From an uncultured Bacilli bacterium (GTDB lineage: Bacteria; Bacillota_I; Bacilli_A; RF39; UBA660): a DNA stretch of 64,000 nucleotides. Within the stretch, counting starts at the first letter, position 1. Each line of letters begins with the position of its first letter. This document shows positions 40,672-50,439 of this stretch, piece after piece. A model generated the notes under the pieces. It was not told the DNA's origin. It saw nothing but the letters and a program-made list of their open reading frames with translations, and did not search any database. The stretch covers positions 3,434 to 67,433 of the forward strand of contig CAKPCH010000006.1 of NCBI GenBank assembly GCA_934141535.1, read 5' to 3'. The position numbers and the translations under genes are program-made.

Positions 40672-42380
40672 TTGTACACCTTCTTAAATGCATAACTAAC
40701 TTCTTTATATTTACTTAAACTTGATGATGAATTCCAAGTTATAAATCCACCTGTCAAACCATTATCATAGAGTGCTTGTATTTGTTCAGATATCTTATCT
40801 GCATCATAAACTATATATGGTGCTCTTATAGTGTTATAAGTTTGAATCCAAGTTCTTACAACTGCTGGAGTTGGTATAATACTTTGCTTTTCACTTACTG
40901 TTTTACCCCAAGCACTTAATAATTTATAAGGAACAGTCCAAACAACTTCACTTATACCATATTCATGTGCATTAAAATGATCAGGATAAGGCATTCCACT
41001 TATAGCATCACAAACATTTGATATAGCTGGCCAAAATTGACCGTATGCTGTAACATAATTAGAAGCACTCTCTCCAAAAACATCTATTGATACATACGCT
41101 CCAACACTATGTATTTCATCAGCAGCATACATAATAAAGCTTTGTATAGCCTCTGCTTTTTCTTCACCATAAATATTATTAAAATTAATAGTACCATTCT
41201 TTTCTAAAGAACCTGTTCTATCTGGAAATCTAACATAATCAAACTGTATTTCATTAAATCCCATCTCTTTTACAGCTTCTTTAGCAAGTTCTACATTAAA
41301 TTCCCAAACACCCCTATTGTAAGCACTTGGCCAATATGAACCATTATGATTAAAAGGTTTACCATTACTACTTAATATAGCTGCTTCATTATGATCCATA
41401 ACATAATAAGAATCCTTAAAAGTAGTTATTCTACCTATCAAATAAAGACCTTTATCTTTTGCTTTCTTTACATAACTTTTATAATCTTCAAATGTATTAA
41501 AAGCTGCATTATAATTAGTCATAGAATATTCTTTCATAACAGGAGAATTATATGCTGGAGTAGTATTATCTTTAATATCAATTACTAAAGCATTAATATT
41601 ATTATTAATAGCAAAATCTATATACGAATCAATATCTTTAACAGCACCCGCATTTATATATAAAGTCCTAGCCTCATCAGGCATAACATTATCTTTAAAT
41701 TTAGGTTTATCAAATGGATAATAATCTAAGTTAACAGCATCTCCTCCACCTATATTACCCATCTTTTCCATATATTCCTGTATGTTATTTTCACTATATA
41801 CTTTTATAGCTTCTTCTTTAGTACTAACTAAATATTTAGAATAAACATAACCTTCTTTATCATTATATTTAATCTTATATCTATTAACACTCCCATCATC
41901 CTTCAAATAATCAAAACCTAATATATCTACTTTTTCACCTTTTTTTACAAAAGACTCAATTTTAGATGAAGATGCTTCTTTATATATAGTTGAACTAGTT
42001 CTTACAAACAATTCTTTTTCTTTAATAATATCACTCTCATTATCAGTTAGATTATATTCATTTATATAGTAAATATTATTATTATATTTTATTTTTTTAT
42101 AAGTGGTATCATTATCTTTTAATGTTTTATTATATACGTCAACCTTTTTACCACGAACAATACTTTCTACTTCTTTTAATTCTTCATCATAAAGTTTTAC
42201 CTCTTTAACTTCACTTGATATATAATTAACAATTGTCTTTGTTGGAGTTGATTTATTATTTATAGTAAGCACTAATAACAACGTAATTATCAAAATTAAA
42301 ATGAGTAAAAAAATTATACCCTTTTTATTTAATTTCCTACCCCTTTTCTTCATAACATCACCAATTATAGTATAACACAA
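40668..42380 (-). CDS. Membrane-anchored glycoside-hydrolase-like protein (TIM-barrel GHL-type domain)
   Basis: 570 aa with an N-terminal TM anchor after a basic stretch. The central region (YINAGAVKDIDSYIDFAINNNINALVIDIKDN...) resembles the uncharacterised glycoside hydrolase-like families. The function is inferred only. Confidence 0.5.
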   Translation of the reverse strand: MCYTIIGDVMKKRGRKLNKKGIIFLLILILIITLLLVLTINNKSTPTKTIVNYISSEVKEVKLYDEELKEVESIVRGKKVDVYNKTLKDNDTTYKKIKYNNNIYYINEYNLTDNESDIIKEKELFVRTSSTIYKEASSSKIESFVKKGEKVDILGFDYLKDDGSVNRYKIKYNDKEGYVYSKYLVSTKEEAIKVYSENNIQEYMEKMGNIGGGDAVNLDYYPFDKPKFKDNVMPDEARTLYINAGAVKDIDSYIDFAINNNINALVIDIKDNTTPAYNSPVMKEYSMTNYNAAFNTFEDYKSYVKKAKDKGLYLIGRITTFKDSYYVMDHNEAAILSSNGKPFNHNGSYWPSAYNRGVWEFNVELAKEAVKEMGFNEIQFDYVRFPDRTGSLEKNGTINFNNIYGEEKAEAIQSFIMYAADEIHSVGAYVSIDVFGESASNYVTAYGQFWPAISNVCDAISGMPYPDHFNAHEYGISEVVWTVPYKLLSAWGKTVSEKQSIIPTPAVVRTWIQTYNTIRAPYIVYDADKISEQIQALYDNGLTGGFITWNSSSSLSKYKEVSYAFKKVYK

Positions 42381-42458
42381 ATTTATCTTTTTTTACATAT
42401 TATTATTTTAAATGATTAATAATTAGAAAAATTTGCTATAATAATTGTGGTGATATAA

Positions 42459-43277
42459 ATGAATAGAAGAAAAATAAAGTGGAAAAACATATTCTTAACT
42501 CTTTTTATTTTTATTTTAATAGTCATTTTAATTATTAGTAGTATTAATATTGTAAAATGGTATAAAGATTCTAAAAAGAATGATAAACAAATAACAAAAA
42601 TATATGATGAAGTTAAGGTAGAAGAAAAAACAGATAATGATAATACTGTAATTATTGAAAGTCAAGAGGATTTAACAAATCCATATTGGGATTATATAAA
42701 GATGAATTTAATCGATGTAGATTTTAGTAAATTAAAGAGTGAAAATGATGAAGTTGCTGGTTGGATACAAGTAAATGGTACTAATATAAATTACCCTTTT
42801 GTTAAAACTTCAGATAATGATTTTTACCTTCATCATACATTTGATAAATCTTATAACAATGCTGGATGGGTATTTATGGATTATAGAAATAATAAAGATG
42901 AATTTGATAAAAATACTATTCTTTATGCTCATGGTAGATTAGATAATACAATGTTTGGATCATTAAGAAAAATACTTAAAAGTGGATGGCTAAATGATGT
43001 TAATAATCATGTAATTAAACTATCTACAGAAAAAGAAAATACTTTATGGCAAGTATTTTCTGTATATAGAATTCCTACTACAAATGATTATATACAAACT
43101 ACATTTAGTAATGATGCTGAGTTTAAAAAGTTTTTAGATCTTTTAATAAATAGAAGTTCTTATAAATTTAATGTGAGTGTTAATGAGTTTGATAAAATTT
43201 TAACACTTTCTACTTGTTATGATGATAATGATAAAGTGGTATTACATGCTAAATTAATAAAGAAAGAAGCAAAATAA
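42459..43277 (+). CDS. srtB: Class B sortase
   Basis: 272 aa with an N-terminal TM helix. Colinear similarity to S. aureus SrtB as I recall it: FMDYRN, NTILYAHG..DNTMFG, and the catalytic TLSTC near the C-terminus. Confidence 0.8.
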   Translation: MNRRKIKWKNIFLTLFIFILIVILIISSINIVKWYKDSKKNDKQITKIYDEVKVEEKTDNDNTVIIESQEDLTNPYWDYIKMNLIDVDFSKLKSENDEVAGWIQVNGTNINYPFVKTSDNDFYLHHTFDKSYNNAGWVFMDYRNNKDEFDKNTILYAHGRLDNTMFGSLRKILKSGWLNDVNNHVIKLSTEKENTLWQVFSVYRIPTTNDYIQTTFSNDAEFKKFLDLLINRSSYKFNVSVNEFDKILTLSTCYDDNDKVVLHAKLIKKEAK

Positions 43278-43305
43278 TTCTTTCTTTTATATTATATAAT
43301 TTAAA

Positions 43306-43617
43306 TTAATTTAGAATGTTTTTAATATCAATTTTTTGATATAAAACTCTAACAACAGTAATTATTTTATCATTTTCATTTATAGTGTAAAACATAAGAA
43401 AATTTTTAACCTTAACACTTCTATAAACGTTTTTTAATTTTGATGTTGAACTATATTCAGATGAACTATAAGGAAACTCTAAGATACTACGTGCACTATT
43501 AATAAAGCACTTAGATAAATTAATTGCCGCAGTACTATTTTTTAGATTATTAGAAATATAATATATAATATCATCCATATCTTTTTTTGCTATTGGCAAA
43601 AATTCTAATCTATACAT
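43306..43617 (-). CDS. Type II toxin, RelE/ParE family
   Basis: 103 aa. RelE/ParE fold features (YRLEFLPIAKKDMDDI...KNFLMFYTINENDKIITVVRVL). Sits directly downstream of a small antitoxin-like gene, 2 nt apart. Confidence 0.65.
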   Translation of the reverse strand: MYRLEFLPIAKKDMDDIIYYISNNLKNSTAAINLSKCFINSARSILEFPYSSSEYSSTSKLKNVYRSVKVKNFLMFYTINENDKIITVVRVLYQKIDIKNILN

Positions 43618-43618
43618 G

Positions 43619-43951
43619 TTACTCCTTGTTAATTATACTATTCATACTTTTTTCAATATCATCTATATTATATCTTTTTGATGTATTATTCATTTCACTT
43701 TCTGCTTCCTTTAATTTATTATAAATAACTTCATCAGATAAACCAGACTTTACCTCGAATGGTAATTTTTGTTCTCGCAATACTGCTTTTATAAATATAT
43801 TAATAGCAGTTGAAACGTTCATACCAACATTATTACAAAATTGTTCAAAATTTTTTTTATCATTTGCATCTACTCTAACATTTAACGTTAATGATTCCAT
43901 ACTATCACTCTCTTCTAATAAAAGTATACTCTTTTTTGCAAACATTGTCAA
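43619..43951 (-). CDS. Type II antitoxin, RelB/DinJ-like
   Basis: 110 aa with an RHH-like N-terminal segment (LTLNVRVDANDKKNFEQFCNNVGMNVSTAINIFIKAVLREQKLPFEV), typical of DinJ/RelB. Confidence 0.6.
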   Translation of the reverse strand: MTMFAKKSILLLEESDSMESLTLNVRVDANDKKNFEQFCNNVGMNVSTAINIFIKAVLREQKLPFEVKSGLSDEVIYNKLKEAESEMNNTSKRYNIDDIEKSMNSIINKE

Positions 43952-44054
43952 TAATTGTATACACAGTGTATTACATTATATTATTATTGTAAATATTTTT
44001 TTGTAAAAAATACAATAAAAATAGTATAAAGATTTAAATAATAAATATATTTAC

Positions 44055-45146
44055 TTATTTTTGATATCTACTTATATTTAATATTATACCAATACTTGCC
44101 ATTGATATTAATAATGAACTTCCACCATAACTTAAGAATGGCAAAGTAACCCCTGTTACAGGTATAAGTCCTACTACTACACTTAAATTAAGTATTGTTT
44201 GAAATATAAATCCAAATGTTATTCCAAAAGCTAAAAACTTACCAAACAGGTCGTTGCACTTCATACTTATTTTTAAGCAATTATAAAATACTATTATAAA
44301 TAATGTAGAAATAATAATAACGCCTAAAAATCCAAATTCTTCACTTATTATAGAAAATATAAAATCTGTTTGAGGTTCTGGTAAATAAAAATGTTTTTGA
44401 ATAGAATTACCTAGTCCAAGTCCAAAAAGTCCCCCAGGACCTATAGCATACAAACTTTGTATTATTTGAAACCCACTACCTAAAGGATCACTCCATGGAT
44501 TTAAGAAAGATAATATTCTTTTTAATCTATAGGGCGCTACTAATATAAGCCCTACTACACCTGCTATACCTAATATACCAAATCTAACAAATATTTTTAT
44601 ATTTAAACCAGCTATAAATAACATTCCTATTATAGTCATTACTATAATTACACCTGTGCCAAAATCTGGTTGTAACATTATAAGTCCAAATACAATTAAT
44701 GTAATAGCAAGTATAGGTATAACACCTTTTTTAATATCACTCATAGAATTAGGATTGTTAGATAAATATTTAGCTGTAAAAATAATGAGTGCTAATTTAC
44801 AGGCTTCACTTGGTTGTATACCAAAAGAACCTATACCAAACCAACTTCTTGAACCATTTCTAAGACTACCTATACCAGGTATTAATACTAATATTAATAA
44901 TATTATAGACATGATAAGAATTTTATTTGAATACTTAAAATATTTCTTATAGTCAAATTTACTTACAAATATCATAAGAATAATACCAATTATAAAAAAT
45001 AAACCTTGATTTTTTAAATATTTATATCCATCATTAAACTTATATGTAGCCCATACATACGAAGATGAATAAACCATAATAACACCTAAGAGTGCTAAAA
45101 GAATAACACTTATAAATAAAGCAAATTCAAATCTATTATTCTTCAC
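44055..45146 (-). CDS. SEDS-family peptidoglycan glycosyltransferase (FtsW/RodA/SpoVE)
   Basis: 363 aa with 10 TM helices and conserved SEDS motifs (GSRSWFGIGSFGIQPSE, PDFGTG, PEPQTDFIFS, LPFLSYGGSSL). Confidence 0.85.
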   Translation of the reverse strand: MKNNRFEFALFISVILLALLGVIMVYSSSYVWATYKFNDGYKYLKNQGLFFIIGIILMIFVSKFDYKKYFKYSNKILIMSIILLILVLIPGIGSLRNGSRSWFGIGSFGIQPSEACKLALIIFTAKYLSNNPNSMSDIKKGVIPILAITLIVFGLIMLQPDFGTGVIIVMTIIGMLFIAGLNIKIFVRFGILGIAGVVGLILVAPYRLKRILSFLNPWSDPLGSGFQIIQSLYAIGPGGLFGLGLGNSIQKHFYLPEPQTDFIFSIISEEFGFLGVIIISTLFIIVFYNCLKISMKCNDLFGKFLAFGITFGFIFQTILNLSVVVGLIPVTGVTLPFLSYGGSSLLISMASIGIILNISRYQK

Positions 45147-45212
45147 TTTATCACCTATATAAGTCTATTTTATTTAAAGTAAAATATTAAAAAAAGATAG
45201 AAAACTATCTTT

Positions 45213-45479
45213 TTACATATTATTAAACATATTTCCTTGGCATCCACCACAATCATTATTAACTACTACATTTTCTTCATCACATGTATATTGTGGAGTA
45301 TAAGTATGTGTATATATATGTTTATTTATAACATGAGTATGTATTGGGCAGCAATGTTTTACTTCATGATGAAATTCTTTTTCTACACATTTAGTTATTG
45401 TAGGCTCCATAATTGGTTGTTCCATTATAGGTTGTTGTCTATTACACCCACAACCACAATTTCTATTAAAAAACATCAA
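45213..45479 (-). CDS. CotD-like Cys/His-rich spore coat protein
   Basis: 88 aa, His/Cys-rich (HHEVKHCCPIHTHVINKHIYTHTYTP), recalling B. subtilis CotD. Has an N-terminal CGCGC. Confidence 0.5.
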   Translation of the reverse strand: MMFFNRNCGCGCNRQQPIMEQPIMEPTITKCVEKEFHHEVKHCCPIHTHVINKHIYTHTYTPQYTCDEENVVVNNDCGGCQGNMFNNM

Positions 45480-45548
45480 ATACCTCCTTATCTAGTTTAT
45501 CATATGAAGGTATTTATAATTTGAATAGTTAATTATACTATTTATGAT

Positions 45549-46913
45549 TTATAAATTATTATCACTTGTATTTTCTAAAATATACTTTATTTTTTCTATT
45601 ATATTATTAATATAATACAGTCTCATATCATCTAATATTTTATTTACTACTTCTATAGATATTTCTCTTTCACTTTTATTAGTAGTATCAAAAAATAATA
45701 AATTAATATTTTGATTTTTAGATAATTCTTTCATATTAAATAATGATGTATTATACTCATCAACATTCTTTTGATTTAAAAAATTTCTTTTTTCAAGTGA
45801 TATATTAGTATAATAATCTCTTTTTAAACAAGTAATACTATCAGTATAAAGTGCAAGTACTATATTTATCTTAGATTTAATAAGTGGTATATATTTATTT
45901 TTATATTTATTATATTCAATAAATGTTAATCCGTTTTTTAAATACAATCTATCTACCCATATTAATCTATCAAAAAGTGATCTATCTATAATTATTATAT
46001 CTTTATCTTTTTTTAGTGATTCATTTAATTGTCTTAATGTGTATTTAGGTATTTCAAAATTTACAACATTCGTATATTCATTTTTTAGTTTTGGATATAT
46101 TTTTGTTTTATATTTTATAGATGTTGTAAATTCTTGAATTACTTCACAATCAAATTGTGCTTTTATAAAAAAATCTTTTATATTTTTTATTAAAGTTGTT
46201 TTACCTGTTCTTGGAGTTCCTGTAAATTCTATTACATAAGGTTTAAGATCAAATACTGATTTTAATTTTTTTATTTCTAATTTTTTAAAATGTAATTTTA
46301 ATACTTTTTTATATTCTTCTTCATTATCTTTATAAATTATATTTTTTACATATTCATCATTCTTTTTGTCATAGAATATGTAATCTATTAATTCTTTTAA
46401 TTTAACAAACATTGGATGTTTAAAGTCTTCATTATATATTAAACTTTCATAAAGATTAGTAAAATACCATTTTTGATCTTCAAATCCTCTATTAAAACTA
46501 CTAAAATCATATTTATTATTTTTTTCAAAGAAAATAATCATATCTTCAAGATTACTAATTTTATCTGCACAACATATTGCCTTATGTCTTAAATCTAAAG
46601 TTTTAATAGTGTCTATAGTATATTTCTTTCTATCTTCCCAAGATAAGCTTTTATCAATTTCAGTATCGCCTAATACAAGTGATAAAATATCTTCACCAAA
46701 CAATTCTAATATATCATCTTTTGTGTATTTAGTATCTTCTATTACATCATGAAGGATACCTGCGGCAATTACATTATCATCAAATTGATATTCTTTTAAT
46801 ATATCTCCTACATCCAAAGGATGTATTATCATTGGTTTATCTTTTTCAGTTTTCCTAACTTGATTAAAATGAGCTTTTATAGCAAATTCTTTAGCTCTCT
46901 TTATTATATCCAT
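45549..46913 (-). CDS. Fusion protein: (p)ppGpp-hydrolase-like HD domain plus P-loop nucleotide/nucleoside kinase-like domain
   Basis: 454 aa. The N-terminus carries the RelA/SpoT-type HD signature (AHFNQVRKTEKDKPMIIHPLDV...AAGILHDVIEDT). The C-terminus has Walker A FTGTPRTGKTTL and Walker B-like IIIIDRSLFD. There is an AGGTGA RBS. Confidence 0.7.
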   Translation of the reverse strand: MDIIKRAKEFAIKAHFNQVRKTEKDKPMIIHPLDVGDILKEYQFDDNVIAAGILHDVIEDTKYTKDDILELFGEDILSLVLGDTEIDKSLSWEDRKKYTIDTIKTLDLRHKAICCADKISNLEDMIIFFEKNNKYDFSSFNRGFEDQKWYFTNLYESLIYNEDFKHPMFVKLKELIDYIFYDKKNDEYVKNIIYKDNEEEYKKVLKLHFKKLEIKKLKSVFDLKPYVIEFTGTPRTGKTTLIKNIKDFFIKAQFDCEVIQEFTTSIKYKTKIYPKLKNEYTNVVNFEIPKYTLRQLNESLKKDKDIIIIDRSLFDRLIWVDRLYLKNGLTFIEYNKYKNKYIPLIKSKINIVLALYTDSITCLKRDYYTNISLEKRNFLNQKNVDEYNTSLFNMKELSKNQNINLLFFDTTNKSEREISIEVVNKILDDMRLYYINNIIEKIKYILENTSDNNL

Positions 46914-46940
46914 AACGTCACCTATTTAATTATAATATTT

Positions 46941-46975
46941 AAGCACCAAAAAAGCAACGATCCTGATAAAATCAT
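46941..46975 (-). terminator. Terminator-like hairpin in the 5' leader of the HD-kinase gene (possible attenuator)
   Basis: Minus strand: AAGCAATGAT-loop-ATCAGGATCGTTGCTT followed by TTTTTT, about 30 nt upstream of the start codon and inside a 460-nt non-coding leader. Confidence 0.35.
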
Positions 46976-47374
46976 TGCTTTTGAGTTTAGAAAATTACAA
47001 CTTCGTATTATCAGTAAAAAGTGTAATCATCTACCATTGAAGTTTTCTTTCTTCTTACAATTGTAACGTTTAGAGTTGGCAGAATAACCTATAACACTTT
47101 AGTGAATGTAGTCATATAACATAAAATGTGTTATACAACTTTTTCACTAAGTGTTTATTAAAGATATTTTTTAATAGTTATTTTTTTATTATATTTACTC
47201 AATTATTTTATTTAATAATTGATATAATTTCTTAACTATTTTTTATATCATCTCTAAACTATATTAAGTATACTATATAAATTTATTTTTGTCAACATTT
47301 TTTTATCTAAAACTGATAATAAGCCATTTCAGACTACAAGCAACCTAAAATGGCTTATTTTTAATATAATTGTA

Positions 47375-47617
47375 ATGGTGTTTGTTATGAATAGATTAAA
47401 AGATTTAAGAGAAGATAATGACTTATATCAAAAAGATATTGCTAAAATACTTAATATATCTCAAACGGGATATTCAAAATATGAAACTGAGACAAATGAT
47501 ATACCTACAAATATTCTAATTAAACTTGCCCTATTCTATGAAACTAGTACAGATTACATTCTAGGATTAACAAACGAGAAAAAAATTCAATATAAAAGAA
47601 ACAATATAGTAAAATAA
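47375..47617 (+). CDS. XRE-family HTH transcriptional regulator
   Basis: 80 aa with a Cro/C1 HTH (LYQKDIAKILNISQTGYSKYE). Convergent with the HipA-like gene. Confidence 0.75.
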   Translation: MVFVMNRLKDLREDNDLYQKDIAKILNISQTGYSKYETETNDIPTNILIKLALFYETSTDYILGLTNEKKIQYKRNNIVK

Positions 47618-47647
47618 AGGCTTAAAAAAGTCTTTATTTTGTTTTTA
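47614..47647. terminator. Bidirectional terminator shared by the convergent HTH and HipA-like genes
   Basis: ATAAAGGCTTaaaaAAGTCTTTAT: a 10-bp stem with one G-U pair, an A-run before and a T-run after. Confidence 0.4.
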
Positions 47648-48803
47648 TAATGGTCTTTAATTTATTTATTCTACTTAATAATAAAGTACATAATTTATTA
47701 ATTCTTCTATCTGTCATTTTAGTAACACTTTGATATTTATGTAGTAAATTATCAAAATCTTCTTCTATTCCATCTAATTTAGATAAGTCAATTCTTTTTA
47801 TATCTTTTACTTTGGAAATAATTGAATCAAAATTATCTACTGTGTAGAAAAATCTTCCTTGACCATTTATAATTAATTCTTCATCATTATAATCTAAAAT
47901 ATTTAAAGATTGACCATTATCAAATATAGGAGCAATATCTAACCATCTTAAAGTATTAACATCTCTTATTACTCCAAAATTGTTTAAATGCCTGTCTTCA
48001 TTTAAAATTAAGTAGTCAAGAATAAACATATTTTCTAATTTTTCACGTACATCACTAATTCCTTTTTCTTCTAAAATATTAATATATTCCTCATATGCTT
48101 TTTCTTTTTCTATATTTTTATATAAGACTTGTTGTGCTGGAATTAATTCAGTATTACTATTAATAAAGCATTCACACTTAGAAACTACTTTTTCATTTAC
48201 AACATCTATAGTATATGTTACATGACAAAATCCAAGTTTTTCACATATCATACTTGCTAAAACTTCATTAAATGGTTGCATAACTTCATTTTTATAAGCT
48301 CCCTTTAATAAATACCTTTTATTATTTTCAATAATCCATGTTTTTTTTAATCTACCATCCGTAGTATTATTTGGAGATATTAAATTAATTTTTGTACTAG
48401 TGTCTAATTCATTACCAAATGTTGCATTAGTAAATTCTGAAGCATCAAAATCATGTTCAAAAAAATTTATATCATTATATTTTATATTAGAACCTGCTTG
48501 TTTTACCCAATATTGGTCAGATAGTGATAAGGCAAATGCTTTATCTAATAAGTCATCTGGTGAAGTAACATTTAATTTAGCAAGTAATAAATCTAAATCA
48601 TCTCTCCAAGATGGGATTCCCCTACCTTTAAACCAATCAGTAAGTATTGGTGTAATATCAATATTCTTAGAAAAACTATTATATATAATTAATGGAGCAT
48701 ATTCAATATTTTTAGTTTCATATATCTTAGTAAATACTTTTAATACTTCATTATATTCTGCAACTAATATTTCAGTATTTTTATTCATTAATATACATTT
48801 CAT
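47634..48803 (-). CDS. HipA-like Ser/Thr kinase (type II toxin HipA family)
   Basis: 389 aa. The C-terminal catalytic motifs match HipA_C (ILNEDRHLNNFGVI, then APIFDNG). Confidence 0.6.
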   Translation of the reverse strand: MKCILMNKNTEILVAEYNEVLKVFTKIYETKNIEYAPLIIYNSFSKNIDITPILTDWFKGRGIPSWRDDLDLLLAKLNVTSPDDLLDKAFALSLSDQYWVKQAGSNIKYNDINFFEHDFDASEFTNATFGNELDTSTKINLISPNNTTDGRLKKTWIIENNKRYLLKGAYKNEVMQPFNEVLASMICEKLGFCHVTYTIDVVNEKVVSKCECFINSNTELIPAQQVLYKNIEKEKAYEEYINILEEKGISDVREKLENMFILDYLILNEDRHLNNFGVIRDVNTLRWLDIAPIFDNGQSLNILDYNDEELIINGQGRFFYTVDNFDSIISKVKDIKRIDLSKLDGIEEDFDNLLHKYQSVTKMTDRRINKLCTLLLSRINKLKTIIKTK

Positions 48804-48899
48804 AGCTTCACCTCTATAGATATTTTACCATGATTTTATTTTATTTTCTATGAATTTATATCTATATAAATAAAATTTTAAAAACAAATAAAATAAAGT

Positions 48900-49844
48900 T
48901 TATTTAATAACATGTTTATCGGAAATAACCTCTGGATTTAAAATAATTATAGATTTAAGATTTTCGATTTCTTGTATCTGTTCTTTTAAACCTATCATTT
49001 CTTCCTTATTAGTTTTTATAGAAAGTAATTCATTATTGCTTTTTGTATTATCGTTTTCTAAATTATTTTTAAAAATTTTACCTGGTAATTCAATATGATT
49101 ATTATTCCAAAGCTCATTATTTTTCCTATCAACAATACACATATAATCTATTATATTCTCTTCAAAACCATTCATATATATAACGTTTATACTATCCGGT
49201 AGTGTTTCAACGGAATAATCATGAAAGCTTTTTGGAACTTTTCTTATTATATGTTCGCTATTTCTCATGATTGTACTTCTTAAAACACATGCTTCATAAG
49301 AAATGTTTTTATTTGTTGAAACAAACACAATTATATTTCTATAATTATTTTTTTTCAAATCTCGCAAACATTTTAAAGGTCCAACAGGTTCTCTCATACC
49401 CCATTCAATAATCATATTATATGAATTTTCTTTTCCCATTTCAATTAATTTATCAGTCATAGCACCTGCAAAAAAGTGGGTAAAATCAGCTATATCATTA
49501 CCTGGCGTATCATTTACAGTTTCTTTTCTATCTTTCCAATGTTCTTTAATACATTCTTCAATTTCTAAATATCTTGGATGATACATTCTATAATTATCTA
49601 TACCTATTTCAATTGCATTTTTTAACTCATTTTTTAAATTCATTGAAAGTACAGTTTTACCACTACCAGGTTGTCCACCTATAAAAATTGAATAAGGATT
49701 ATTTGTTGTAGAACAACCACGTTTTAAATGTTCAAATGCTAATTTACTAATTCTATCTAGTTCTACTTCTGTAAAACTAGATAATCTCATAACATCTTCT
49801 TTAGAATAACCTCTTTTTATCAAAGCTTCTAATCTACTATTCAT
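48900..49844 (-). CDS. Zeta-toxin family kinase (UDP-GlcNAc kinase-like)
   Basis: 314 aa. Walker A GGQPGSGKT and colinear matches to the streptococcal zeta toxin as I recall it (DNYRMYHPRYLEIE; FAGAMTDKLIEMG..YNMIIEWGMR). Confidence 0.85.
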   Translation of the reverse strand: MNSRLEALIKRGYSKEDVMRLSSFTEVELDRISKLAFEHLKRGCSTTNNPYSIFIGGQPGSGKTVLSMNLKNELKNAIEIGIDNYRMYHPRYLEIEECIKEHWKDRKETVNDTPGNDIADFTHFFAGAMTDKLIEMGKENSYNMIIEWGMREPVGPLKCLRDLKKNNYRNIIVFVSTNKNISYEACVLRSTIMRNSEHIIRKVPKSFHDYSVETLPDSINVIYMNGFEENIIDYMCIVDRKNNELWNNNHIELPGKIFKNNLENDNTKSNNELLSIKTNKEEMIGLKEQIQEIENLKSIIILNPEVISDKHVIK

Positions 49845-50082
49845 TAATAATTTCCTCTATTCTATTTATAGTATACATAATTATTTTTTTATAATTATTA
49901 ACTTTATTTATTTCACTACATATTCTAACCTTATCTTCATAAAAAGTAAGTTCACTAAGTAGTTTTTTTAGTTCTAAATTATTCTCTGATTTATTTATAC
50001 TTAAAGCAAATATATTTTCACAATATTCTATAATACTTTCCTTCATAACATTAATATTCATATCATCACCATTTTTATACAA
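49837..50082 (-). CDS. Candidate epsilon-like antitoxin for the zeta toxin
   Basis: 81-aa predicted helical protein directly upstream of the zeta gene and overlapping it by 8 nt. No detectable sequence signature; assigned by position only. Confidence 0.4.
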   Translation of the reverse strand: MYKNGDDMNINVMKESIIEYCENIFALSINKSENNLELKKLLSELTFYEDKVRICSEINKVNNYKKIIMYTINRIEEIINE

Positions 50083-50105
50083 TAAAGAAGATACTATATA
50101 AGTAT

Positions 50106-50411
50106 CTATTCTATATCTAAATTCATATCACCATTATTAATTTTATCTACTACATCCTTTAATTTTGGTTGCAATTCTTTCCATTCTTCATTAGCATATC
50201 CCATGTAATATACATCTTTTATTTGATCATGATTAAATAATAAATTTTGATCTGATCTAATAACACCTGCTGGATAAATACAACCTATGTAATCAAACAT
50301 CTTATCTCCTGATTCTTTTCCCTTAGCTGCAAAACCTATAATCATAACTTTTCTTGTAGCTTCTTTAAGTAAGCACACAGTACCTATTGGCAAATATTTT
50401 TCTTTATTCAT
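50106..50411 (-). CDS. DUF4176-like protein (T7SSb-associated)
   Basis: 101 aa with the N-terminal KYLPIGTVCLLKEATRKVMIIG pattern typical of DUF4176 proteins found in LXG/T7SSb toxin loci. Confidence 0.55.
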   Translation of the reverse strand: MNKEKYLPIGTVCLLKEATRKVMIIGFAAKGKESGDKMFDYIGCIYPAGVIRSDQNLLFNHDQIKDVYYMGYANEEWKELQPKLKDVVDKINNGDMNLDIE

Positions 50412-50439
50412 TATTATTCTCCCTTAACTCTTATTAAAC

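Noticed and set aside
45237-45524. 95-aa plus-strand ORF overlapping the cotD-like gene
   Set aside because: Antisense to the Cys/His-rich CDS. Hydrophobic low-complexity translation.
46821-47066. 81-aa plus-strand ORF spanning the HD-kinase start and leader
   Set aside because: Overlaps the start codon and RBS of a supported gene. The leader is better explained as regulatory RNA.
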